A stretch of DNA of 64,000 bases, taken from NCBI GenBank assembly GCA_963739455.1, contig CAVUAK010000001.1:2048001-2112000 (forward strand). Reading direction: 5' to 3'. The translations under genes were made by a program, and so were the position numbers. How positions within the stretch are numbered: the first letter of the stretch is position 1; every line of letters begins with the position of its first letter. The stretch is from an uncultured Gemmatimonadales bacterium (lineage in GTDB: Bacteria; Gemmatimonadota; Gemmatimonadetes; Gemmatimonadales; GWC2-71-9). Shown piece by piece: positions 6,759-19,884 of the stretch. A model generated the notes under the pieces. That model was not told the origin of the DNA, ran no database searches, and saw only the letters and a list, made by a program, of their open reading frames with translations.

Positions 6759-8852
6759 CTACTCCTTTGCGCGGCTGCGACTCGGAGAGGCGCGCTTTAT
6801 GGTGTTCACCTTCTTTGCCGACTTCACGCTCGGTGCCTTCTGAACAGTCTTAGCCTTCGGTGCCTTCGTCGCCGGATTTGCTGCGGGTGCGATGGTCTGT
6901 GGCAGATACTTGTCATGTTCCCTTTTTAGGAACTCGATCCCTGACGCCTTTGTCGCGCTAAGTTCGAGCTTTTCCTTGAAAAACTCTAAGCGCGCTCGCG
7001 CATCGTTGATGACATCTGCCCAAGTCTTCACATAGACCTTACCGCGACCGTCATAAAGCAGTGTCGGATAGGTCTGTGCCTCAACTTCAACATGCAAGGC
7101 TGAGGACAATGCCCAGAATTCCCAAGTGGTTTCAGCTTTGGGAAATGCAGGCGATGACATGAGGGCCTGCGCGTAACGCATTACCTGCGTTGTTGCATTT
7201 AGGTCGATCTTCTCGCTTGGCCGCTTCAGTTCGACAACCAAGTGATGGCGCTTCGGCGAGGAATTGAGCTTGAGGATCTTCGAAAACATGAGATCAAGAG
7301 TCAAGTTCATGTTTGGGTTTACGGAGCCGTCAAGCGCCAAGATGTCAATGTCGTCGCGCTTACCGCACTCTTGACGCACAACCGTGTCCAGCTTTTGGTC
7401 GTCAGCCGTGATGTTCAGTTCCTCGCCAAAGAGCCACGTATGCGCGGCGACGATGCGATGAAGCTGCGTGCGCTCCTTCACAACGTTTTTGTACTCTGTG
7501 CCGTAGGCGAGGGCGTGTAGGCCCTCTAGGAAGTCAAGGCGATCGGCTACGAGTGAGGAAGCGGAAATGATTGCCGACAGCGAGCTTCGGCTCAACAGCT
7601 TGCTCAGCTCCTCCTGTTTTGCCGGAGAAAGCCCAAGCACTTCAATGAGGATGTGTTGCAGGTCCTCAGAGCCCGATTCAATCGCACTACGGAGAAGCCG
7701 AAAAGTGAGCTTCTTTGACGCGTCATCGGCAGCAGCAATGGCCGGGGAGGCATCAACAACGTTGATCGCCAAGATGTCAAAAACCCGGCGTTCCGCTTCC
7801 TCAATGATTGTAACGGGCGCATTCTCAAACGGATAGACTTTATCAGCCTTCCACTCTTCGACGATGGAGAGTCGCTTTTCTTGCTTTAGGTTGGTCACAT
7901 AGTCCCGGACAGACTGCCGCGCCGCATTGGCCAAAGCCGTAACGTCGTCGTTCAGGTCGTCGAGGATCAGGGTACCGCTTGTCGCCGCTTCTGAAATCGC
8001 TGGCGAAGACAAATGAGCGGTGAGGTTTAGAGAGCCAGTTCCAACGTCGAGGGTGACGTGATGCAGCGTGTTGCCTGCGCTGTCGCAAAGGTAGAGATAC
8101 TTCTGGATCGCCGCGTCAGAATTCCACTCGATAATGTCCAGCGTGCCGTGAATGTCCTTCTTGTCGTTTACGGAGGCAACAACCTGAACTGTCGAACTCC
8201 GTGCTATGAGGGCATTGGCGTCGAGCTGTTCACCCGCAATCGTGATAACCGTATCTGGGTACTTGCGAAGGAAGAGCGCGAATGTACGAGCGAGGACGGC
8301 GCGGCTCTCCGCAGAGTGCAAGTCCGGGAGATTCTTGTTCATACCGGTAACTGTGACTTCGGTGCCGGTGTCTGTCCGATCATTCTCGGGGACTGCGTCC
8401 GAGATTTCGAAAGAGACGGTGCTAGTGCCCAACTTGCCGCGTAGGGTGACGGTCTCTAAGCCCTTTGCACCGTCGAAGGTTGATTTCCATTCGACATTTG
8501 GGCCAAGTGCGAATGCGCGAAGACGTCCCTGACCGCGCCTGCCATGCACGATGCGACCCTTGCCCGTAACAGTCGCATTTCTCTTTTTCGAACCCCCTAG
8601 CAAGCTGAACCCCTCCGCAGCCTCAAGGGCAGACATTCCGGTCCCATTATCCGCTACTACAATGCTCTCTGTGCCTGTCAGAAGCGTCTGTGTTACGCTG
8701 ACACTTACAGCCGTTGCATCAGCGTCAAGACTGTTCCAGATAAGTTCTGAGAGCGCAGCAAGTGGATTTCCACGCGTAAGGCTGTGGAGATGGTCGCCCG
8801 CGAGTGCCACCGGCAGCGGATGCATCTTGGGAGCGGGGAGCGTGGTGGCCAT
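6759..8852 (-). CDS. GHKL (HATPase_c/MORC-like) ATPase fused to C-terminal PD-(D/E)xK-like nuclease; probable defence gene
   Basis: ELIWNSLDA, DNGTGM, GRRGQGR GHKL motifs; DLMF…VVELKRP nuclease motif; start MATTLPAPK (track ORF N-extension is antisense to comM). Confidence 0.8.
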   Translation of the reverse strand: MATTLPAPKMHPLPVALAGDHLHSLTRGNPLAALSELIWNSLDADATAVSVSVTQTLLTGTESIVVADNGTGMSALEAAEGFSLLGGSKKRNATVTGKGRIVHGRRGQGRLRAFALGPNVEWKSTFDGAKGLETVTLRGKLGTSTVSFEISDAVPENDRTDTGTEVTVTGMNKNLPDLHSAESRAVLARTFALFLRKYPDTVITIAGEQLDANALIARSSTVQVVASVNDKKDIHGTLDIIEWNSDAAIQKYLYLCDSAGNTLHHVTLDVGTGSLNLTAHLSSPAISEAATSGTLILDDLNDDVTALANAARQSVRDYVTNLKQEKRLSIVEEWKADKVYPFENAPVTIIEEAERRVFDILAINVVDASPAIAAADDASKKLTFRLLRSAIESGSEDLQHILIEVLGLSPAKQEELSKLLSRSSLSAIISASSLVADRLDFLEGLHALAYGTEYKNVVKERTQLHRIVAAHTWLFGEELNITADDQKLDTVVRQECGKRDDIDILALDGSVNPNMNLTLDLMFSKILKLNSSPKRHHLVVELKRPSEKIDLNATTQVMRYAQALMSSPAFPKAETTWEFWALSSALHVEVEAQTYPTLLYDGRGKVYVKTWADVINDARARLEFFKEKLELSATKASGIEFLKREHDKYLPQTIAPAANPATKAPKAKTVQKAPSVKSAKKVNTIKRASPSRSRAKE

Positions 8853-8951
8853 CGGATGACTCCAGAGAGAAGGCAGCAGCCACCCCAAACTAACCCGAAC
8901 AGTGGCCGAAGATAGGGTGGCGGAGTTGGTGCTTGTCCTTAGGTCCCCAAG

Positions 8952-9863
8952 ATGCTGTTGATCGGCCCTCCCGGGTCGGGCAAGACCATGCTCGCGCGCC
9001 GCCTGCCCGGCATCCTCCCGGCGATGTCGCTGGACGAAGCGCTCGAGACCACGAAGGTGCACAGTGTTGCCGGCCTGCTCGGCGCGGGCCGCGCGCTCTG
9101 CACCACCAGGCCATTCCGCGCGCCTCACCACACCATCAGCGACGCTGGTCTCGTGGGTGGCGGCACGCCCCCGCGCCCCGGAGAAGTGAGCCTGGCGCAC
9201 GGTGGCGTGCTCTTCCTCGATGAGCTCCCGGAGTTCAGGTCGAGCGTGCTCGAAGTGCTGCGCCAGCCGCTGGAGGATGGCACCGTCACCTTGAGCCGCG
9301 CGGCGATGAGCCTCACATATCCTGCGCGCATCATGCTGGCGGCAGCGATGAATCCATGCCCGTGTGGCTACGCCGGCGATCCGGCGCACGCCTGTCTCTG
9401 TCCTCCGCAGGCGGTGCAGCGCTACCGTGGCCGTGTGTCGGGTCCACTGCTTGACCGCATCGACATTCACCTCGAGGTGCCCGCCATTCCCTACCGGGAC
9501 CTGACCGGGAGCCAGCCGGCCGAGCCGAGCCGCAGCATCGCGGAGCGGGTCGAGAACGCGCGCGTCTCGCCCAGCGCGAACGGTTCGCGGCCATTCCCGG
9601 CATGCATGCCAATGCGCACATGGGTGCCAGGGAAGTGCGTCGCTTCTGCGCACTCAACTCCGGAGTCGGAGGCGATCCTGCGATCCGCGATCACCCGGCT
9701 GGGCCTGTCGGCCCGCGCGTACCATCGCGTGCTCAAGATCGCGCGGACCATCGCCGACCTCGCGGGCGCCGATGCGCTCGCCGTCGCCCATGTCGCGGAG
9801 GCGATCCAGTACCGGAGCCTCGACCGGAGCCAGCCGGCGCTTGCGCCGGCGGGAGGGCGCTGA
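8952..9863 (+). pseudogene. comM: 3' portion of ComM/YifB Mg-chelatase-like AAA ATPase, interrupted by the element
   Basis: [50 protein letters not shown]-terminal half missing; two compensating frameshifts ~9570-9660. Confidence 0.9.
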
Positions 9864-9939
9864 ACCAGCGGCTCCGAAGCCCGCCCCTCCCGCCACACCG
9901 CCGGACTCGCTTTCTTCCGTCATCCCAAGCCCACATCCC

Positions 9940-11242
9940 ATGAACCTGCGCGCGTATGTCGTGGCAACAGGCGCCCTTCTCGTCCTGGGCCCTCGAGTCG
10001 CTCATTCCCAGAACATCGTCACGGCGGCCCCGCCCGCCGGCGATGTCGCGCAGGCCTTCAAGCGGCTGGCGCCCGCGGTGGTGCGCATCGAGGTGCGGGA
10101 GACCGGCGCGGTGGCGCTGAGCAGTGTCGGGTCCGGCTTCTTCGCCGCTCCCTCGGGCCGGATCATCACCAACTATCACGTGATCTCGCGACTGGTGAAC
10201 GAGCCCGAGCGTCATCGGGGCCGCGCCACCTGGGGCAGCGATACGGTCGACATCCAGGTGCTGGCGGTCGATGTGGTGCACGACCTCGCCGTCCTCGATG
10301 CCCCGGACGCGCACGCTGCCGCCATGCTGACGCCGGTCACCGCCACCTGCTGAAGGGTGATCGCGTTCTCGCGATGGGCCACCCACGCGACCTCGGCCTG
10401 AGCATCGTCGAGGGCACCTACAACGGGCAGGTCGAGCATGTGCTGACGCCGCGGTTGCACTTCACCGGACCGCTCAATCCCGGCATGAGCGGCGGGCCGG
10501 CGGTGACGCCCGACGGGGCGCTGGTGGGCGTCAACGTGGCGACGATGGGTGAGGAACTCGCGTTCCTGGTGCCGGCGGAGTTCGTGACCCGGTTGCTGGA
10601 CCGGCTTCCGGCAACGGTCCCGGCGGCCGAGGAGCTTGCGGCGGGACATGGCCACGCGGCTCGGACAGATGGGCATGGATGCACTCGACGCCCTGTTCGT
10701 CCCCGGCGCGCCAACGGTGCAGCTCGGCCCGTATCTCGCCCCAACCGAACCGTCCGCCGCATTTCAGTGCTGGGGTGATGCACGCGAGCCCAAGGATGCC
10801 GCATACCGGGTCGTGGTGCACCGATGCAGCACCGACGAATCGGTGTTCCTCTCCGAGGACCTGAGCGCCGGCCTGGTCTATTTCTCCCACCAGCTCCTGG
10901 ATGGCGCCGCGCTGAGTCGCCTTCGACTGCTCACCGCGAGCGAGCAGGCCTTCAACGACAAGCTCACGTTCGATGGCACCGCGCGAGAGACCACCCGCTT
11001 CCGCTGCACCACCGGGAACGTGCGCACGGCCACGATGACCTTCCGCGCGGAGGTGTGTGCCCGGCGACTCAAGAGCCTGTACGGGCTCTATGAGGCGGTG
11101 ATGCGGGCCACGCCCCTCGGCGCGACCGCGCAGAGCCTGGTCACCACGCTCACGATGTCCGGCGTGCGCTTCGACCTCATCCAGCGCACGGTCGCACGGT
11201 ACCTCGCATCGATCACGCTCGTCACCGGAGGTCGCGGAATGA
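9940..11242 (+). CDS. Secreted trypsin-like (S1) serine protease; frameshifted in read
   Basis: Signal peptide, GSGFF…TNYHV, DLAVL, NPGMSGGP split across ORFs 9772/10374/10636. Confidence 0.75.
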
Positions 11243-12221
11243 GCTGGATCGAGGTGGTTGACGCGAGCGGCCGGGTCGTTGCGCGCCGGGCGGCTGAAGG
11301 CGTGCCGTGCACCGTCGGGAGTGCGCTGGACAACACCCTGCTCATCGAGGGCCCCGAGGTGGCGCCCTACCACGCTCGCATCGACCGGGAGGCGGACGGT
11401 CGCCTCACGGTGACGGTGCTGGGACAGTCGTCCGGCCTGCAGCGCCCGGGCGCCCCTGAACGCGCGATGTCCCTCGCGCTGACGCCTTCGGCGCCGGTCG
11501 CGGTTGGGGGTGCGTCATCCGGCTCGTGGATGACGCGACTCGCGACCTGCCGGTGGGAGTCATCGGGCCCGAGCCGCGCTGGCGGGAGTTCGTATCGCGC
11601 CGGCCGGTCCAGTGGGGCGCCGCCGCGCTCCTCGCGATCAGCGGTGCGGCGATCGGCTACTTCACGATGCCGGGGTCGGAGCGGGCGCTGAATGCGTTCG
11701 CGGTTGCGGTCGCCCTGGTCCTGGCCGAGTGCGCCTGGGTGGGTCTGTGGGCACTCACCGGCCGTATCCGCCATGGCCGCGCCCGGTTTGGCGAGCACTT
11801 CGTCGTGGCCACCTTCATCGCAATTGTCGGGCTGGGCGGTTGCCGAGCTGGAGTCCTGGCAGCAGTTCCTGCTGCCGGGCGCCAGCGCCGCGGCAACAGT
11901 GCTGCTCGCGCTTACCGCGGTGGTGTGGGCGCTCGCGATCTTCCTGCACCTGCGCGTGCATGAACCAGGCGCACTGGCAGAAGCACGTGCGCATTGCGGC
12001 GGGCTTCGGTGTCGCGCTTGTTCGCCATGGTGCTTGCCGTGCGGGACTATCAGGGCCCGTGGAGCAGCGACATCGAATTCTCTGCGGTCCTCAAGCCCAT
12101 CACGCGGGTGTGGGCGTCGAGCCCGGATCAGTTCGGCGAATCACTGACGAAATTGCAGGGGCAGCTCGACAACGATGGCGCGGAGCCTGTGGCGACGGTC
12201 GCCGCGGACAGCTCCGAGTAG
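11239..12221 (+). CDS. FHA-domain membrane protein; frameshifted in read
   Basis: TVGSALDNTLLIEGPEVAPYHARI FHA-like motif followed by TM segments in ORFs 11526/11692/11994. Confidence 0.65.
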
Positions 12222-12230
12222 CGACCGCAG

Positions 12231-13949
12231 CTACCAGCCGGCGGCACCCCCGGCCACCCTCGGGTCGGGCACTCCCTCGAGTCCCTGCGGCGTCACCCGG
12301 ATGGCATTCACCGTTCCCATGAACTCCGGTTCCTTCCACAGCTCGTAGCCCATCGCCTTCAGCTCGGCGCGCACCTGCGGGCTCAGGCCCGCTGGTTCCC
12401 ACCCCACGACATCGGGCAGGCCATTGTGGTGGACGCGCGGCGCGGCAACGGCCTGTGCCAGCGTCATCTGCTGGTCCACCACGTTCGATGATCACCTCGA
12501 ACACCGAGGAGATGATCGTGGCACCGCCGGGCGAGCCGAGGACGATCGACAACTGACCGTCGCGATCGAGCACGATGGTCGGTGTCATGGAGGAGAGCAT
12601 GCGCTTTCCCGGCTCGATGCTGTTGGCCAGGCCCTCCTGCCGGATACCCATCGCGTTCACCACTCCTGGCTGCGTGGTGAAGTCGTCCATCTCGTTGTTG
12701 AGCAGGAATCCGGCCCCAGCCACCACGAATCCGGAGCCGAATCCGGTGTTGATCGTCGTGGTGATGGCGGCCGCGTTGCCGGCACTGTCCACCACCGAGA
12801 AGTGGGTCGTGTGCTGCCCCTCGGCGAGCGCCGAGCCCTGGAGCGGCGTGGCGCGATCGGCCGCGATGCTGCTGCGCTGCGTGGTGGCGTAGGTCTTCGA
12901 CGTCAGCTCGGCCAGCGGCATGTTCACGAAGGCCGGGTCGCCGAGCAGGCTGTTCCGGTCGAGGAAGGCGCGTCGCAGTGCCTCGACCTGGAGGTGTACC
13001 AGCGCCGCGGTGCCCGATGCGGGGAGGTCATATCCCTCCAGGATGTTGAGGGCCTGAATGAGCGTGGCGCCACCGCCCGACACCGGCGGCATGGTGATGA
13101 CCCGCCATCCCCGATAGGTGGTCTCGAGCGGCGTCCGCCAGAGTGCCTGGTAGCGCGCGAGGTCCTCGCGCGTGATGAGGCCGCCGCCCAGCCTGGACCT
13201 GCTTCGCGATGAGGTCCGCGAAGCTGCCGCGATAGAAAACGTCAGCGCCGCTGTCCGCGATGAGCCCGAGCGTGTGCGCAAGGTCTGCCTGGTACAGCGT
13301 GTCGCCGGTGCGCCAGGCGCGTCCGTCGCCGCGGACGAAGATCGCCGTTGAAGAAGGGAACGGAGCAAAGCTGCTCCGCACTCCCGGCGAGCCATTCCGC
13401 GCGCAGGCTGTCGAGTACGTGAGCCTTCGCGAGTGCCACCGCCGGAAGGACCACCTCGCGCCAGGGAAGGGCGCCGAAGCGCTGGTGCATGGCCCAGAGC
13501 CCCGCCACCGATCCGGGCACCCCACCGGCACGGGCGCCCACGATCGACGCGTTGGTGACGTTGCCTGCGGAATCCACGTACATGTTGCGCGACGCCGCGC
13601 CCGGTGCGGCCTCGCGGAAGTCGAGGGCGAACACCTGCCCGTCGTGCTGGCGATACACGAGGAAGCCACCGCCGCCAATGTTGCCGGCGGCAGGATTCAC
13701 GACTGCCTGCGCGAAGGCAAGCGCCACGATGGCGTCGATCGCATTGCCGCCGCGTCGAAGAATCTCTGCCCCGACGTCGCTCGACGCTGGATTGTCGGAC
13801 ACGGCCATCACGTGCGGTTCGACAAGGGGCGGTGCCACATCGGCGAAGCGCCAGCGTTCGGCAGGCGCGTCCGCGCCGCCGCAACCGGCAGCCAACACGA
13901 CAATGAGGGCAGGCCCGGCCAACCGAACCAAGGCGGCAACACGGTCCAT
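12231..13949 (-). CDS. ggt: Gamma-glutamyltransferase; frameshifted in read
   Basis: GGNAIDA, DFREAAP, TTHFSVVD, LLNNEMDDF, KRMLSSMTPT, DPR. Confidence 0.9.
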
Positions 13950-13977
13950 GTGAATTCTCGTCAGGAGGAATTGCAGT

Positions 13978-14980
13978 TCAGTGTGCCGCGCGGCGCAGGC
14001 GATCGTGCACGGCGCTCCACTGGGGCGTGACCGGCGGCATTTCCACCAGGATACGATCGCATCCCGCCGCATCGAGCTGGTGCAGTGCGGCATAGAGCCC
14101 GCGCGCGTAGCCATCGGCCTCCGCGGGAAGGCGCACGACGTAACTGCCCGCCGGCAAGCGTACGTCGGAGTACACCACCGCGCCAAGGGAGATCCGGCCC
14201 AGTTCCTCCGCGGCCTGCGGCTCCGAGAGCGCCGCCAGGTCCGCGCTGCCGAGCAACTGCATGATCGCGCGCGGAGCGTAGTGCCGGTCCACCTGCCCGG
14301 GCGACAATCGCGGCGCTTCCCCGCTCGGTTCCACAATGTCACGCTCCACCGGCCCAACAACCTCCTCGAGGCTTGCGATGGAGATCATGCCGGGCCTGAG
14401 GAGCCGCGGCATCGGCCCGGTAAGATCCACGACAGTCGATTCGATCCCCACATTGGCGGAGCCGCCGTCGAGCAGCATGTCGATTCGGTCGCCCAATGCC
14501 TGTGCCACGTGCTCAGCGGACGTGGGGGACAACTGCGTATACCGATTGGCGCTCGGCGCTGCGACCGGAAGGTCCGCTGCCCGGATCAGCGCGAGGGCGA
14601 CCGGATGGGCCGGCACCCGAATCCCGACTGCGTCGAGGCCAGCCGTCACGATGTCGGGAACGACGGTGGCTTTCGGCACCACCAGGGTCAGTGGACCAGG
14701 CCAGAAGCGTTCAGCCAGGCGCGTGGCATGCGCGGGCCAGTGGCGAGCGAGCTGCTCGCGCATGCTCGATGCTCGCGACATGGACGATGATCGGGTTGAA
14801 GGCAGGACGCCCCTTCGCCTCGTAGATGCGACGGACGGCTGCGGGGTCGAGCGCGTCCGCGCCCAGGCCATAGACCGTTTCGGTGGGAAAGGCCACGAGG
14901 CCGCCGGCGCGGAGCACCGCTGCGGCGGCGGCGATCGCGTCGGGGTCGGGTGACAGGGGATCGACGCTCAGGCGTCGCAT
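13978..14980 (-). CDS. tsaC: L-threonylcarbamoyladenylate synthase (Sua5 type); frameshifted
   Basis: VAFPTETVYGLGADA, KGRP, FWPGPLT, AAPSAN, Sua5 C-domain SPG…HYAP. Confidence 0.92.
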
Positions 14981-15003
14981 GGGCCGCTACGCTGGAATGG
15001 ACT

Positions 15004-15436
15004 TCAATCGTCGGGCGGGCGACGCCGCTCGCGCTTGGTGTCGCCCCGCCGCTTCTTGCTGTCGAGCCGCCGCTCCTTGGAGGCCTTGGTCGGCCGCGTG
15101 GCCCGGCGTGCCTTGGGCACGGCGAGCGCGCGACCCACGATACCGGCCAGGCGCTCGAGCGCGTCCTCGCGGTTCCGCAACTGGCTGCGGTGGTCGGACG
15201 CCACGACACGGAGGTCGCCGTCGCCATCGAGCCGGCTGGCGAGGCGCAGCAGCAGGCGGCGCGCGTTGCGCCTCGGTGAGTACTGGCGATGACGTGACAT
15301 TCCACACCGCCTCGATGCGGGTGGAACTGCGGTTCACGTGCTGGCCACCTGGCCCGCTGGAGGGCGTGGCCCGCAGGACGATCTCGGCAAGCGGGATCGA
15401 CAGTGCCGGCGTCACGGCAAGGGCTCGTTCGGGCAT
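15004..15436 (-). CDS. arfB: Alternative ribosome-rescue peptidyl-tRNA hydrolase; frameshifted
   Basis: SSGPGGQHVN, RSQLRNR, basic tail RRATRPTKASKERRL. Confidence 0.9.
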
Positions 15437-15528
15437 GCTCGATGCTAGCGGCCGCGCCGGGGAGATGCAAAGGCTGGCGCAACGCCCGGTCGGCTTCCGT
15501 TGCCCGCACCACACGTTACGTTACTCGC

Positions 15529-16892
<1,364 letters not shown>

Positions 16893-16896
<4 letters not shown>

Positions 16897-17327
16897 CTGG
16901 ACCTCGCGACTGGGACAAGGACCTCGCAGCCGTCGACAAGGCGATCGAGAGCTGGAAGGCGACGACCCCGGGCACGAGTCCGTCCGCTGCCAAGCCCACG
17001 CCGGTTGTCGTCGCGAAGGCAGCGGAGCCGCGGAAGGGCGCCATGTCCACCTGGCTGCGCGTGGCGCTGGTGCTCGCCTTCGCCATCGCCGTGCCCTTCT
17101 GGCCCTACCCGCGCGAGTGCGGGATCAACCTCTTCCTGTACATGGGCGTGATCTCCCTGCTGGTCATCGCCGGGGCGTGGGGTGCCGGCTCCAGCTGGGG
17201 ACGCCGACTCGGCAATGCCCACGTGCTCTCACTCCTCACCGTCGTCTGGGGTCTGGCCCTCCTCGCCGCCGAGGTCCTGCCGCGGATCGGCTATGCGGCG
17301 CATCAGGCGCGATGGATGTGCCCCTGA
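16893..17327 (+). CDS. Hypothetical membrane protein
   Basis: ATGA overlap; three hydrophobic segments. Confidence 0.7.
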
Positions 17328-17329
17328 AA

Positions 17330-17388
17330 GGCAGCAAGCGACAGGCGGCAGGCAATGACTCCTGCTGCCTGCCGCTTGCCGCCTGCCG
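17330..17388. repeat. Intergenic palindrome built of 7-bp tandem units
   Basis: GGCAGCA/GGCGGCA-type units inverted as TGCCGCT/TGCCGCC. Confidence 0.6.
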
Positions 17389-17427
17389 CACTCCTTCAAT
17401 TGTCCTTCACATCATCTATCCAGCATA

Positions 17428-18923
17428 ATGGCCAAGAACTTCAAGAACTTCATCGCCGGCAAGTGGGTTGCACCGACCACCGGCGAATATTTCGAGAACC
17501 GGAACCCCGCCGATACCCGTGACCTGATCGGGCGCTTTCCCGACTCCGGGGCGGCGGACATTGAGGCCGCGGTCGCATCCGCCGAGCGAGGCTTCAAGCT
17601 CTGGTCGCGGACTCCCGCACCGGCGCGCGGCGATGTGCTCCGCCGGGTGGGTGATCTCCTGGTGGCGCGCAAGGAAGAAGTTGCGGACGCGATGACCCGG
17701 GAAATGGGCAAGGTGCTCGCGGAGACGCGGGGCGACGTGCAGGAGGGAATCGACACCGCCTTCTATGCCGCCACCGAGGGCCGCCGGCTGTTCGGGCACA
17801 CGGTGCCGAGCGAGCTCCCCAGCAAGTGGGCGATGAGCTATCGTCGGCCGATCGGCGATATGCGGGCTCATTACGCCGTTCAACTTCCCGCTGGCGATCC
17901 CCACGTGGAAGGCGTTCCCGGCGTTACTGTGCGGCAACTCGGTGATCATCAAGCCGTCGGAGGATGTGCCGCACACCGTCACGCTGCTGGTCGAGATCCT
18001 CCTCGAGGCGGGGTTGCCGCCAGAGGTGATCCAGCTGGTGCATGGCCGCGGTGAGACGGTGGGCAAGGCGCTGGTGGAGCATCCGGCAGTCGGTGTCATC
18101 TCGTTCACCGGCTCCACGGAAACCGGCTCCTCCATTGGCCAGACCTGTGGCCGCATGCACAAGCGGCTGTCGCTCGAGATGGGCGGCAAGAACGCAATGA
18201 TCGTCATGGATGACGCCAACCTCGACCTGGCGCTCGAGGGCGTGCTCTGGGGAGCGTTCGGCACGACGGGGCAGCGCTGCACCGCGACCAGCCGCCTGCT
18301 GCTGCACCGGAAGATTCACGATCGCTTCGTGCGCCGCCTGGCCGATGCCGCGGGCAAGCTGCGGCTTGGCGATGGACGGAAGGCCGGCACCGATGTGGGT
18401 CCGCTGATCCACGAGGAGTCGCGCAAGAAGGTGGAGCGCTACGTGGAGATCGGGCGGGATCAGGGCGCGGAACTTGTTACGGGTGGCAAGCGGCCCGCTG
18501 GCGCGAAGTATGCGCGTGGGTACTTCTACCAGCCGACCATCTTTGCAGGCGTGAAAGCGGGAAGCCGGCTCGAGCAGGAGGAGATCTTCGGGCCCGTGCT
18601 GAGCGTGGTGCGCTTCAACACGTTCGACGAAGCGATGCGCATCAACAACGGGGTGCAAGTACGGCCTGTCGAGCAGCCTCTACACCCAGGACGTCAACCT
18701 GGCCTACCGGGCCATGGTCGAGCTCGACAACGGCATCACGTACGTGAACGCTCCGACGATCGGTGCCGAGGCGCACATGCCGTTCGGCGGGGTGAAGCAG
18801 ACCGGGAACGGTCATCGCGAAGGTGGCTGGGAAGTGTACGAGTTCTATTCCGAAACGAAGGTTTGCTACGTCGACTACTCGGGTCGCCTGCAACGCGCCC
18901 AGATCGACAACTACGACACCTGA
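17428..18923 (+). CDS. Aldehyde dehydrogenase; two frameshifts in read
   Basis: [34 protein letters not shown]. Confidence 0.92.
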
Positions 18924-19012
18924 AATTCACGCCCGTGCCCGTTGCGCTGCCGGAGAGGCACGGGTAAGGTTCGATCGCAACGCTGTTCGTTGTCCCAACG
19001 AGGGTGAGCCGT

Positions 19013-19884
19013 ATGCGCCCCATGCAGGTCCGATCCGGCAAGCGTGCTTCTTCTTCCGCAGATGAGGGTTCGCTCGACCTCTACCTGAGGGAGATCAGCC
19101 GGTACCCGCTGATTCCGCAGGCGGAAGAGGTCCGGCTGGCCCAGGGCATCCGCGTCGGCGACCCCGAGTGCCTCGACAAGCTGGTGCGCAGCAATTTGCG
19201 CTTCGTCGTCTCCGTCGCGAAGAAGTACCAGAATCAGGGCGTTTCGCTTTCCGACCTGATCAACGAGGGCAACCTCGGCCTCATCCGCGCGGCCCACAAG
19301 TTCGACGAGACGAAGGGCATCAAGTTCATCTCCTACGCCGTGTGGTGGATCCGGCAGGCGATCCTCCAGGCACTGGCGGAGCAGAGCCGCATCGTGCGCG
19401 TGCCGCTCAATCGCGCCGGCACGCTGCACCGCATCGGCAAGCGCTCCTCGGCACTGCTGCAGGAACTGGGGCGCGAGCCGACGCCGACCGAGATCGCCGA
19501 GGGAATGGACATCACCATCGAGGAAGTGCGAAGACGATGAGGATTTCGCAGACGCACCTGTCGCTCGATGCGCCGATGACGCCGGGTGAAGACAACCGCC
19601 TCCTCGACTACCTGCCCGACACCCAGAATTCCGGTTCCGACAGCGAGACCTTCGAGAAGGCGCTCACCGAGTCGATCGAGGAGGCGCTGTCGACGCTCAA
19701 GGAGCGCGAGACGAAGATCCTTCGCCTCTATTTCGGGCTGGATGGACCGGAGCCGATGACGCTGGAGGAGATCGGCAGCCTGCTCGGCATCACCCGGGAG
19801 CGGGTGCGGCAGATCAAGGAGAAGGCGCTGAGCCGCCTGCGCCACGTGAGCCGCGCGCGCGCCCTGGAGACGTTCCTAGGCTGA
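19013..19884 (+). CDS. Sigma-70 factor, RpoD/SigA-like lacking region 1.1; frameshift ~19530
   Basis: [39 protein letters not shown]…TRERVRQI. Confidence 0.92.

Larger units (their letters stand above)
1..8951. mobile_element. Right part of an integrated element (phage satellite/genomic island) inserted in comM; left end and recombinase outside window
   Basis: Lower GC and phage-like genes (HNH, Zn fingers, polA-like, T7 scaffold motif). The sequence switches abruptly at ~8951 to the Walker A region of comM, whose 5' half is missing. Confidence 0.85.

Noticed and set aside
8853..9653. N-terminal 267 aa of the 964-aa minus-strand ORF
   Set aside because: Antisense shadow of comM crossing the element junction; the GHKL domain starts at MATT (8852).
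19500..19560. Programmed frameshift in the sigma factor (and other genes)
   Set aside because: No slippery-site or structure pattern; indels are scattered across many genes, consistent with read error.
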